Shown here in pieces: positions 24,197-35,733 of a stretch of 59,484 nt of DNA. The position numbers and the translations under genes were made by a program. The stretch's first letter is position 1, and every line of letters begins with the position of its first letter. The notes under the pieces were generated by a model. That model was not told the origin of the DNA. It saw only the letters and a list, made by a program, of their open reading frames with translations, and made no database searches. The stretch lies in NCBI RefSeq assembly GCF_032062105.1, contig NW_026934603.1:1-59484 (forward strand). Direction: 5' to 3'. The DNA is from Saccostrea cucullata (lineage: Eukaryota).

Positions 24197-24211
24197 GTAT
24201 CAGGAGAATAA
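24197..24211 (+). CDS. MEAF6: Candidate MEAF6 terminal coding exon (VSGE*)
   Basis: Acceptor tttttgacag then GTA TCA GGA GAA TAA in phase 0. Alternatives exist at 19989 and 20177. Confidence 0.4.
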   Translation, partial: VSGE

Positions 24212-26520
24212 AGGAGAATATAATGGTCATGTAATATTTAGTCCAGTATTTAAACCACATCTCATTCATCACTACGTGGGAATTCTGTGATGGAACCTAT
24301 CGTTTTTGTGGAAGAGACACCATTCAGTTTTCAGTGTATGAATTCTACCAATGTTTCTATCAATTGGAACTTTAGAACATACTTTGTTCAGCGACTGGAA
24401 CAGGAATGAGGAAAAATATTAAAAAGAACAAATATATATAATTGTAAGACGCTTTTATATGGCTTATTGACCTAACACTACTACATTGTATTAAGAATAT
24501 TTTGTGACATGTAGTGATCTATGATCATATTCTGATCTGTGTCAAGTTCTTTCATGTTGATTCAAGTTCATGTTATAGGAATCTCTCAGGATGAGATTAA
24601 ATAATACAGTAACTTCATAAGTACTTTTTTTCTGCATATCATTGTCTTACAGCTTTGAGATCTTTTTTCATTTACCTTTTGCCATTGATCAAATTTTGTG
24701 TAACATGATGTTTCTCAATTTTTCATGTCTTTTTTCTTCTTGTTTTGGTTGAATAATCATGATAATGCCATATTTATTTTAATTGTTCAGCAACAATTTA
24801 TGTATGTCTTGAATGAAAATTTAGGAAACATCTTTGGATTTATACTAAGAAATATTTTTACAGATTATTGTAAAGTTTAGACAATGCAGTCGATTAGTTC
24901 CAAGTACTAGTAGGTCTTTTAACAGAATAAAACTTGAATGCATTGCAATGGAGATTCATCTCTGAAACTGTTGTAAAAATCTTGGTAATAAATTATTTTT
25001 AAAACTCAGATATTATTATGTCTCTTTTTTTTAAGGTGAAAACACAATCATTTTTCAGCCCTTACTAGATTAAAGAATATTGGCATGATGTGAAGAAACT
25101 TGCTTGTTTTTTAAATTCTTTTTTGTTAGAGAATTATTTTCTGTTTGTCATACATTGCATTTTTTTTTGACAAGTTCGGATAACCAAAATTAAAAAAAAA
25201 TGGATTTTTTTATTCCTTTTAATTTAATTTATAATTTAGATAGGACTTTTCTGTAGAAGCCAGTTGATGTCACGGAGAAAATTTTTTTACAATAAACTGG
25301 CAGGCGCACACATAATTTTTGAAACCGTCTTCCGTGCTTTTCTATAAATTTTGCAATTAAAATCATGCATTTGTGTCAAACATCATAAATTTAAAACCAT
25401 AACATATTTATTTACCAATTCCACAAAAATAAGAGTTTTGTGTAATTCTAACTGTAGAAAGGTGAGGTTATTCTACTTTAAAATCTGTGAACATTTTAAT
25501 TTGAATGAAAAAATTACTTAAATTATGTACACTCAGTCTTGTATTGTAAAGATTTTTAAGCTCAGATATGCCATTAAGAATTATACTTGCAAGTGTTGAT
25601 TTATTTCATGAAGTGAACATTTTTGGAATTGTGCTTAAAGAAAATTTGTGTATACATGTATTTATCTTGCAAAAGTTGTTGTAAAAAATTTTGGTAATAA
25701 ATTATTTTTGAAAGGGACACTTTTCTTTAATTTGAAAAAAAGGTAGAAAATGTTAAAATGTTGTGTTTTAACTGTTTTCTTCTTAAGAAAAAGTTATTCA
25801 TTGATTTTTGATAAACATCAGCTCAAAGATATCCAGAAAAGTTTCAAGTTTCAGTTGATACACTTCAGTGCAGTCTTAAAAAGAAGGTGTCAGCTTTTAT
25901 GCATCTAAAAAGCCAGCATCCCAAGGTGTAGTTTAGATTAAAGTCGGTGCATAACCACAGGGAAAATGAGACTTGGAACAGTCAATTTTATCCAGCTATT
26001 TGGCATTCACAATCATTGTAGACTTTTTAAAGTCCCATTTGAAGCAAATCTTATTGATAGCGATTTTGGAAGTAAAGGTAAAGAACAAAAAATGATTTAT
26101 TTTGATTCATGAAGGAATTTGTTACTGTACTTTTTTAAAGAAGGCAAAGGGAAATATTCAATGTTTACTTGCTGAATATGGTATTCATTTCACTCGTTAA
26201 ACAGGAGCTAGTGTAAATATGAAAGAAAATCCTGACCACTCGTAAAATATATTACGTATTGTTAAATATGTCTATAAGACTATGATAAAATAATTGAATT
26301 TTCTCTCTATTGTATTGTCGTTTATTTTCCCGTTTCCTTTGAACGACTTTTGGTTACAGAGTCTTGGGCTCTGAGGTCTTATGCAGTTGTGTGCCTGAGG
26401 CGAATAGCGATTGTGTGATTGAAAACATGGATTTCAATAACATATGAAAATTTTGGCAGTGCTACTCAGTCAAGATGGTTTATTTATTTTCATGTGATTA
26501 AACAGGTCAGAATTTTTTAT

Positions 26521-26786
26521 AATGAAATATGGAGATAACGAATAGTAATCAAAATGGCAAGTTCAGTAATGCAATACAGATCGGGGGGAGAACAAACAGA
26601 CCAGGCATCATGATCTGATATAGGATCCGGTGCCGTGGAGGGGTAAACATCCCTGTAGACAAATCACACCAACCATATACTCTTCGTCTTGTTCGTGTAA
26701 ATGGAAAAATCCTTCGACAAATCATTCAGTGTGTAAATAATGGTTTATTAACGATTGGTATGAAAAACATCAGTCAACAATGGACA
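26521..26786 (-). mobile_element. Penelope-like element terminal (pLTR-type) fragment
   Basis: Diverged reverse complement of the copy at 26816-27084. Family assignment is recalled from oyster Penelope 3' ends. Confidence 0.55.
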
Positions 26787-26815
26787 TAATGATAGATTCA
26801 ACAATTTATCATTGA

Positions 26816-27084
26816 GTCAAATGCTGACTGACGTTTTTCATACTAATTGTTAGTCCATTATTTAAACATTAAATTGACGACGGATTTTTTCCCGTCATTT
26901 CCCGATCATGACAAGGAGCACACGGCGGGTGTAACCGGTCGGCAGAGGAGGCTCACTCCTCCATGGTACCTGATCCCACCTTCGATATTTTGGAGGTCCG
27001 TGTTTGCTCTGCACCTGACTTGTATTGTTTTATGGACTTTTGAGCTTGAATACTGTTCCTTCGTTATCTCCATATGTTTCATTG
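26816..27084 (+). mobile_element. Penelope-like element terminal (pLTR-type) fragment
   Basis: GGCGGGTGTAACCGGTCGGCAGAGG..CTCCTCCATGGTACCTGATCCCACC..GGTCCGTGTTTGC..TTCGTTATCT, a motif string typical of oyster Penelope ends (recalled). Confidence 0.6.
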
Positions 27085-28400
27085 CATGTATTTGCTGACA
27101 AGGACATTGTATCGACCCTAGAACTTACAACACTCTTTATTACGGGAAGGAAAATCTCGAGTTTTTCCGCCGCACTTCTGATATTCTTTCACACTGTAAC
27201 GAAATATGATTTTCTTTTACTCTGTGAAAAATGTCACTCTTATTCAATAAATTAACTACAGTATCTCATTGATGAAAACGTATAATAAAAACAACTGAAT
27301 TTATTCAATTATGCAATTCAACATACTCATACACCAAATGAAATGAAAGGATTCCAAGTTTTTTTGAATTCACATCGCTAAAAAGATCAAAATCCATAAA
27401 ATTGATACAATAGATGCTATATATCCATACACCAAAAATAAGCTGCAATAGGTTTTTATGTCTTCACAATGACGTAGAGTGGATATAAAAACTCCATAAG
27501 ATATATATTGTGTGTAAACATGGATTTCAACAACAAATTGAAAAAAAGTTGATATTAAGTCAGTTTCATGATGGTCCTTTTCATTCTTTCAATCTTTGCA
27601 TTTTCTACCTTGTTTGATTCAGCAGATGAATTACAATGTTTCACAGTTAAAAATCAAATAAACAGAAAACATACATGGTATCTATACACAAATTGTAACA
27701 CAGTAATGTTTGACTCAGGTACACAGTGGTACATTCTATTAAATATAAAGATTTTTCGGGAAAAATTTGAATAAGAACAGAAGGGAACTATATACACACA
27801 AAGATATTTATAATATATAATTATTTAATACCTTCAGGAACAGTCATTAATATCACATCTCTAATAAAACAACAAAATTCGTTTGATAAGGTAATAACTA
27901 CATGTGCTCGTACATCTACAATATGAACTGTAGTACGGACACATCTAATTCCTCATGTTCTCTCAATCTTGTTTGCTTCTTCTCTGCGTTTCATAAACAA
28001 GACTCGTACTTCACTTCCCACTCAAAGTCACAAACTTTGGTATCAACACAAAAAACACACAGACTTGAGGAGTGAGTGGGGTGGATGTGGTGTATCTTTT
28101 ATTTCAATGTTCAAATCTTTTTAACTTGTTGAAAAAAATCGTTTAATTGTGCATAGATTTTACATGTAAGTTAATTTGAACATTTATCCTGACAAATTAG
28201 TGTATATGATAACTGTATACCAACATGCGATATATGTCATGAAGCATAAAATTAAAAAAAAAAAATAACCTCAGCATTGGACAAACACTCATCGTCAATT
28301 GAAAGTTTTAGTACAAAATTTTGCATAGTTTGATAAATTGTCAGGGTAATCATTCTACAAACACTCTTTTACTGGCATGTTTCTCTGGTAAGCGATACAT

Positions 28401-28518
28401 TTATAATGCAGGTAAATGTTCTCCGGGTTCTGCATCACCGGGTTTTTTTGCAAGTTTTGCTGATCTATACTTTGTGATTGTTCGTAACTTCATATTTACC
28501 ACAGTTCTTTGTAGATGT
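28401..28518 (-). CDS. Membrane protein exon 6: cytoplasmic tail (HLQRTVVNMKLRTITKYRSAKLAKKPGDAEPGEHLPAL*)
   Basis: Acceptor tttttttag; phase-2 frame open to TAA at 28403-28401. Confidence 0.75.
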
Positions 28519-28771
28519 CTAAAAAAATAACAAAATCAATCTTTCAATGACATAATCAAACGTTTTGTCATACTATGGGTGCAACAACATAATCTGGCGA
28601 GGCTTTTTTTTTTTTTTTTTTTTTTTTTTTGCAAGACAAAATATTCAGGAAGTTTTGCTCTTTGCAAGGGTGTCTTATAGCTAGGGATGTCAATTAATTG
28701 ACTTACTATCTAATAAGGAAATACTCCGCTAGCATTTTTATTATTGGGTTATAACAAAAACTAATGCATAC

Positions 28772-28861
28772 CCACAGAAGCATTTCAAACACAGTACTGT
28801 CACTACAGATAGAACCACAACAGGGATTACTATAATGAGGGCAACTTCCCATTCTTTCAAG
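28772..28861 (-). CDS. Membrane protein exon 5: transmembrane helix (SLKEWEVALIIVIPVVVLSVVTVLCLKCFCG)
   Basis: Acceptor tttttttcag, 90 nt phase 2-2, ~20-residue hydrophobic run, donor GG|GTATGC. Confidence 0.87.
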
Positions 28862-30201
28862 CTGAAAAAAAAATAATTACAAATTCAATAAGAACAAATT
28901 ATCATATTTTAATGAATTTATAGCAAAAAAGAAGGGGGTCATCAATTCGTGTCAAACCGTTCTTCAGGGTCACATAATGCTGATGAATTTTATTACCGGG
29001 ATATTAAGAATGTTCTTCTTTTACACTAATTAATCTCATTCTATATTCACTTGACCGGTATTTATTCTATACTCATGTGTCAAGCATTTAACTATTTAGT
29101 GAAGACTTTATGTTCTTAATATTTTTCAAAAACAAATGGATTGTAAGCATAATCGAACAAGTTATTTTGGATTTCAAAGGTAAACTAGAACTGTATAATT
29201 CAATACGTGCGTTAATGACCCCCTCCCTCCCCCCACCCTGGGACGTCAATTCTGGGCCCAGCTGAGCAAGAGGAAAAAAAGGGGAAAACCCCAGATATTT
29301 TCAATATACATATAGCTTTATCATAAGGAAGCAATATAGAGGGACGTGGACACAACTTGACACAAATTTTTGATGAGCAGTTATGATCATTATGATGAAA
29401 AGTTATGAAGGATTTTTTTAGAGGGGACACAACCATAATTTAACTTTGTTTTCTATTGTTTAGCATATACTTGCAAAATTATAACGGGCACAGTTAAAAA
29501 CAAGATGGTATCTTTTTAAAAAACAAAACGGAACGTATCCCCTTCCTTACCAATATTAAGGAATGCACCCATGTGTACAAAATTTCAAGTCTTCATGACA
29601 GAAAGGGCTTTGTCTATGAATAAATAAGGAGAATTTCGAAGAATCCCTTTATTTGATGGTTTTGCCTTCGCCCTCCATCCCTGCCGCATGTAGGACCTTG
29701 ATTAATTATATACAGTTCGAAGACATTGACATTATCCAGAGCTCTCTTTTTTTCAACACCAAACACCAACTCTTTTTTTGTTGTAGAAATGGCTTTTGAC
29801 AAGTAAGTGATTTGGCAATTTTCGATGAATCTAAAATCGTTTGCTTTATCAACCATATAGATAATTCTTAATTATGTTTAAAATGTACAGTGTTTAGAAT
29901 TCTGATGCACAGGAACTGTTTAATCATAACATAAAGTACATAGTAGTGACACTTTGCATTTTTGTTTTAAACGAAAATTAAGTCAAGATCCTGCAAAATA
30001 CATGTATGATTTAGTCGTAATTTGACAGATTTGTGCAATCAGATTTGAAAGTTTAGTCAATGACTAATAATTTTTGCTTGTGTAATACTCAGGTCACATT
30101 TAGCTCTCATCCACCCCCTCCCGCACGCTGAACAAGGAAATTGACAAGGAGGCATTTAATTACTTTCCATTATATTGTGTTTAGACAGATATTATTTCTA
30201 C

Positions 30202-30280
30202 CTTGAGTCCATTTCATTTGTCATCATGCCCTTTGTATTATTCTTGCTGAAAGTGGTCCTTGGTCTATAACACTCTTCAT
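30202..30280 (-). CDS. Membrane protein exon 4 (YEECYRPRTTFSKNNTKGMMTNEMDS, stalk)
   Basis: Acceptor ttttatacag, phase 1-2, donor AG|GTAGAA. Confidence 0.8.
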
Positions 30281-30376
30281 CTGTATAAAAAAAAGAAATA
30301 CTATTTAATATTACATGTATTTCTCTGTTTGAGTATTCAAGTTCTAGATTCTCATATAGTCAAGGCCATCAAACTA

Positions 30377-30383
<7 letters not shown>

Positions 30384-30468
<85 letters not shown>
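30384..30468. repeat. (TA)n microsatellite, ~42 units
   Basis: Seen directly. Confidence 0.98.
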
Positions 30469-30470
<2 letters not shown>

Positions 30471-31840
30471 CACTTTATTCTACTTTTGAGAAACTTTGAA
30501 TAATGCACCGCTTTTAAAACTAGTATTTTTACTATGACTTTAAGTTCTTTATACTACTAGTATTTTATTTGTTGGAATTCCTACAAGTAATTTTCTTATA
30601 TTAAAAGAAAATATTACGCAGGTCTTGCATATTTACATACTAGTTATAATAATGTATGATTTGAAAAATATTACAGCTTAAAATCTTCAAAGATCTTCTA
30701 AAGTAGATCAGAATAAATTAAAATATCATAAAGTATTTACTATACTTCTAAACTTAACTATAGATAACTTTAGTAAACTAATTTTAACTATAGTCAAATT
30801 CTGTTAGGATAGATTTACGATAGTTCAGAATGGTTAAGGTAACCCTCTTTTTAATTTTTTTCGTAAATATCTAAATATCTTGAAAATTGTAATTGTCAAC
30901 ATTTGTAACCCTAAATACAGCTCTTTAAAGAGTTTCGATCATGCGGTTTTGAGCAAAATTTGGTCCACACTTTTATTTCTAAAGATCTGCATCATTTTTC
31001 AGTTCTAACATTTTAATATTGATTCTACAATATAAACTATATTTACTGAGAAAAAAAAACGCAAATAAATTCCATTCAAGTGGAATTAAGACAGGAACTA
31101 TATCTTGTGGCGGAAGGTTTTTTTTAGAATAAAATGATCGATTTTTCCCATTTGAACTATATGCAGAACTTTTAATTTTAGATTTTTATTTTTTCATGCT
31201 GGTTGCACACAAAGCTGTTTTTGCAGCGAATGTGTTATGCTGATTCTGGAATATCTATTATATTATTTCTTAGGAATTCTTTTAACGAATTATGACAAAT
31301 ATAGTAAATGTATTCTGAAAGTCCATGAAAAACTGGAACCAATTTTAACATAGAATATACACTTATTAGTAAATAAAAATTACACCATATACCCACACTT
31401 TTGATATTCTTTCTTGTGAATTGAAGATAACTTTGACCTATCTGCTTAATTACAGAAAATACCAGAATAATCAAATTTGGTGAGTGCAGAAAAGGTCAAA
31501 TTATTGATTATGCGAAGCAATTTGAAACTTTTTCTGTTTTAATTTTAAAGTGTATTTTTTAAAATAGACTTATTTTCTATTTTGTTCCATAGTTTAATTT
31601 GGACAAGATCTAAGAGCAAAAGCGTTGAAAGTGTTTTTTTTCATGATTAAGATTTAAATTTAAGTGCAAAAAGGTCATATTAAATGCACTGTAGTGCCAA
31701 AAGAAGCACATCGACCCTGTTTTTTGATATGATTTTTAATTGAGCCATTTGCATAAAAGCTAAAAAATATACATGACAACAAAAGTTTAAGACTTTAAAT
31801 ATCAGGCGCCAATTAACCTCGTTAAGTAATAACCACTCAC

Positions 31841-31966
31841 AATCCCTCCAGTGCGTTATGTTGTAGAAGCTGTTGTTACAGCTTCTACAAAAGTCATCAT
31901 CGTGAGTTCCTTCCTGTAGGACTATTTGACCAGTTTGTAATTTTGTAAACCGTGGGCAACTTTGAC
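31841..31966 (-). CDS. Membrane protein exon 3 (GQSCPRFTKLQTGQIVLQEGTHDDDFCRSCNNSFYNITHWRD)
   Basis: Acceptor tttttcag; only the phase-1 frame is open; donor T|GTGAGT. Confidence 0.85.
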
Positions 31967-32371
31967 CTGAAAAATAAATGTATTAAAAGTATTCTGTGGA
32001 AGTAAAAAAGAAAAAAGAATGGGGTTTATGGAAAGTAAAAAAGGAGATGTGTTAAATATTTTCATGTGTGTTTAAAGCGAGAAATTCATGTATTTATTCC
32101 GGTCTGTCATCAAGGCTATTATCGAACTTTAAGATGACTTTTAATTATAACATCATGATGTCAAAACTAAAGTCGGAAATTTAAGTTTTACGTATTTTAA
32201 TAAAATAAATATTTTTAGTAGATGTCTTTGAGTGAAAAATATGAAGATAACGAACAATATCAAGATCAAAAGTTCATTAAACAATTTGTTTCTTAAAAAA
32301 ATCAGAAACTCAAACATAATTAACTTCATTACAAATCGAACAACCATAAAAGCACAAATATTCCTGGGGAA

Positions 32372-33171
32372 TTTAATTAAGGAATGAAGCTTATTTCAAC
32401 TCATGTTATCCGATATAACATAACTTGGGGCAGTTTACGCTTTATAAACCGCGAAGCGGTAAACTGCCCCAAGTTTTGTTATATCGGATAACATAAGTTG
32501 AAATAAGCTTCATTTCTTATAATTTAATTTCAATGTAGACAATGAGACAATATTTCCTCCGAAAAAAGGCTTCAAATACAGCTTAATTAAAAATTAACGT
32601 CAAGCGGAGTAATACGTTTTTGACGTAACTCATTGTGACGTAGGCAAGTTATGTTATCCAAAATATTATATGTTCCTCTGAATGATTCAGCCAATGAAAT
32701 TGCTTGATACAAGTGAAATTAAATTATATGACTATATATTGAATGGGGTTACTCACAAAACAACGAAATTAAATCCCCACAAAACTATTTTTATGACAAA
32801 TCTACGAAATTTGATCCTCACAAAAATTTGTGCTTTTACCGTAATTTAATTAACTTGGGGCAGTTTACGCTTTATAAACCGCGAAGCGGTTTATAAAAAA
32901 AGCGTAAACTGCCCAAAGTTAGGTTATATCGTATAACATAAGTTGAAATTAGCTTCATTACTTATAATTTAATTTCAGTGTAGACAATGAGACAATTTTT
33001 CCTCCGGAAAAAGGCTTCAAATATAGCTTAATTTAAAAGTAACATCAAGCGGAGTAATATGTTTTTGACGTAACTCATTGTGACGTAGGCAAATTATTTT
33101 ATCCAAAATATTATATGTTCCTCTGAATGATTCAGCCAATGAAATTGCTTGATACAGGTGAAATTAAATTA
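32372..33171. mobile_element. Two tandem copies (about 32372-32726 and 32850-33171) of a palindromic non-autonomous element (Crypton-like), separated by a MITE half (32735-32842)
   Basis: ~60-bp inverted arms around AAACCGCGAAGCGGT, followed by a near-identical ~200-bp tail in both copies. The Crypton label is an inference. Confidence 0.7.
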
Positions 33172-33400
33172 TTTGATTTTAAGACCCAAAGGTCATGGTT
33201 ATTCCTTTTTCATCTTAGGTTGTCTGCACTCGAATTTTTTTGTTATTAAGAGAAAATAATTCCCAGAATCAAGGTTTTTTTTTTTCGTTTTATTTCATTC
33301 ATTGTTACATAGAAAGAGTAATTATGTGTTTTGGGATGCAGCACGTATGGCAAGCCCTTATACTATTTATTTTTGAAATAAAAAAAATTCTTTCAATATT

Positions 33401-33705
33401 AGAGCGATACCTCTCTAGCCTAGAGAGATATCTCTAAAGCTTATAGAGATATCTCTTTGACCAATAAAGATATCTTCATACCTTAGAGAGATATCTCTTC
33501 AAACAAATAGATATACCTTATTGAAAGAGAGATATCTCTTTTACTTAGGGAGATATCTTTAAAAGCTTGAGAGATGTCTTTAAGCGAGAGAGAATCTCTT
33601 TAAGTTAGAGAGATATCTCTTTAACAAGGTTACAAGATATATCTTTCTTAGTTATTTATCTCTTTAGATTTTCAAAAAAAGATATCTTTCTAAGCTAAAG
33701 AGATT
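33401..33705. repeat. 21-bp-period array of palindromic AGAGATATCTCT cores
   Basis: GATATC-type cores at 33427, 33448, 33469, 33490, 33510, 33531, 33552, 33573 and beyond; further cores near 34118 and 34550-34575. Confidence 0.85.
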
Positions 33706-33719
33706 TATTATACTTCTGT

Positions 33720-34105
33720 GAAATGTTTCCTATATAAAGTTAAGAAGGTAAAATAACTATCTTTTATAGTTTACGCATAGCAAAGCTATACCTCGAGGTA
33801 TAATTTTTGCTATCCACCCTTGGAAATTTTTCATGCAAATTTTGCCTCCAATTTTGATTTCCAGCGATAAATCTATTGACTGATGATGTCATGATGACTT
33901 CAGTAGCATTGTGACGTCATCAGGATTCAGAATTATTCTTGCAGTATTATCATACTCCTAAAAAGTCAAACCTAAGATATTATATTATACATCAGTATAA
34001 TATAACGCTTATCTACTGGTTGTAAGTGGGATAGCCCTCGGGGAATAGTTCCCTGTCGCGGGTTTGATAAAAGAGCTATCCCACTAACAACCAGTGGATA
34101 ATATC
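33720..34105. mobile_element. Palindromic Crypton-like non-autonomous element (same family as 50740-52326)
   Basis: Shares AAAATAACTATCTTTT..AGCAAAGCTATAC and TATCYACTGG..GTGGGATAGC..GAATAGTTCCC..CCAGTGGATAA with the 50.7-52.3 kb copy. Confidence 0.55.
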
Positions 34106-34782
34106 TTTTAATGAAAGAGATATCTCTTTATCAGTCATCCTTTAAATAAAATAATTAATTCTCCCCTTTAAAACGAAAGCGAAACAGGAAGTAAAGTCTC
34201 TAGAATAATTTCGCTGGAAAATGTTATGAAGCCCTTGTTTGAAACAGCAAATAGCGATGGCAACTTTCTAGATTAAAAATGCTAAACGTGTGATTTTCAG
34301 GAAAACGAAAGTAAGCCTACGATATCTCAAATATAATAGACCGAATTTTCTCAGCTTATGAAATAATCAGGTACTACAAAATTGAAACATAGACAACACT
34401 GAATTATTTGTCATATTTAATTAAGCTATAATGTAGCATATTATGAATAAGCTTAAAAATACTTTCCTGTACTTCCGTGAATAAAAAGATTACTTCTGGT
34501 AAAGGGGGAAATTTATGCAAATGGAATCTATATTAAAATAATGAAGAGAGATATATCTTTGCAATAAAGAGATATCACTTTTTGCTCGAGAGCTTGCACG
34601 TTCAAGCGTTATCCAAAAATCACGCAAATTTTTTTTCTTCATACTTTGGCTTCCTTTTTATCATAACCATGCTGTGGGTCCTATTTCTGCTGGGTAGAGA
34701 TAAGAAAAAAATTAAGGAACAATGCATTTACATGTAAAATTTTAAATATAGACCCCTGCGCTAACACCAGAATTCCAGACTC

Positions 34783-35021
34783 AAGGCCCATGAACATCTT
34801 CGAACAATTGTATGGTTGCCCCTTCCCGACCGACTGTCTAAAAAACAACCCGACTTAAAACTTTTTACCATTTCAGAACACTGTTTTGTTCTCTTATTAT
34901 TCCTGTCATCCCGTCAACAAATATTAAAAAATTTTCTGAAAAAGAATTCCACTTACCTATTGGTCCATTAATTTTACGCTGTGTCGGGAGAGGACAAGAA
35001 AGTATTATTCAAAGATGGCTT
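34783..35021. mobile_element. Degenerate TIR element
   Basis: ..ATCTTCGAACAAT..CCCCTTCCCGAC versus GTCGGGAGAGG..ATTATTCAAAGAT imperfect inverted ends. Confidence 0.4.
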
Positions 35022-35343
35022 GAACCATTATAACTATATACTTAATTTGTCTTCTGTATATACACGGGGATAGAAGATTTTAGAGAACTTAATTTCACTA
35101 TATAATCTATGACGAATGTCAGCACTGTAAAATAAAAATCTAAAGTGCTGTTTCAAAAACATGAATATTGGTACAATTATTTGAACACTTGCTGAATATT
35201 TTAAAATTCTTATTACCATTCATTCAAATTACAGTAAACTTGTGCGTTTCTTAAATGCATCTAAAGGACCCGCAAAAACAGTAAAAAACATTTTTAATGG
35301 TAAAGACAATTCCTGAACTTGCTGACAAAAAAATAAAGCTTAC

Positions 35344-35494
35344 CATGTAAGCAAATTCTCTCAATACATCCAGCTCCCAACGAACCATTTATATGGAATG
35401 CGCATATGAATATTAAACTATGATTACATGCTGGTGGATTTGGCTGTCGACAAATTGCATCATTGGTGAGTATTTTGAAATCCCTGACGGGCTG
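35344..35494 (-). CDS. Membrane protein exon 2 (QPVRDFKILTNDAICRQPNPPACNHSLIFICAFHINGSLGAGCIERICLH)
   Basis: NAGNAG acceptor (CAGCAG), 5 Cys, donor G|GTAAGC. Confidence 0.85.
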
Positions 35495-35634
35495 CTGTAG
35501 TTTACACTAAAATACAAGAAATTGTGAGCAATACTTCAAAGTAATAATTTCAAAGTTTTAATCTAAGAAAAATGTTGACTGTTAAAGTGAGCTAAATAGG
35601 AATATATGTATACAAAATTTAACTTTATAAGTAC

Positions 35635-35733
35635 CTTGCCATCAGATTGCTGATCTCCAAACACTGTTGCTTGGAGGCAAATAAGCACAGATGCCAATAG
35701 TGCATACCGATCCACATCATTTTTCGCAGGCAT
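35635..35733 (-). CDS. Membrane protein exon 1: signal peptide (MPAKNDVDRYALLASVLICLQATVFGDQQSDGK)
   Basis: Acceptor ttttctctacag 1 nt before the ATG; hydrophobic core with VFG-D cleavage-like site; donor AAG|GTACTT. Confidence 0.82.

Larger units (their letters stand above)
15754..24211 (+). other. MEAF6: MEAF6 gene span (chromatin modification-related protein MEAF6/Eaf6, NuA4/MOZ/HBO1 HAT subunit)
   Basis: Joined exons give [61 protein letters not shown]...[24 protein letters not shown], the Eaf6-family signature. The 3' end at 24211 is tentative. Confidence 0.9.
28401..35733 (-). other. Gene span: uncharacterised 220-aa single-pass type I membrane protein with Cys-rich ectodomain (6 coding exons)
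   Basis: Exons 35733-35635, 35494-35344, 31966-31841, 30280-30202, 28861-28772 and 28518-28401 all have GT-AG sites and compatible phases (0,1,1,2,2). Total 663 nt with no internal stop; signal peptide, TM and tail occur in the correct order. Confidence 0.85.

Noticed and set aside
27975-28115. Possible extra terminal exon ending YESCL* (PDZ-like) for the membrane protein
   Set aside because: An in-frame stop lies between the nearest acceptor and this frame, and exon 28518-28401 already ends in TAA; likely 3'UTR.
30260-30469. ORF with YI repeat
   Set aside because: Translation of the (TA)n microsatellite.
33401-33705. CRISPR-like repeat/spacer appearance
   Set aside because: Cores of ~12 bp and linkers of ~9 bp are far too short, the context is eukaryotic, and there are no cas genes.
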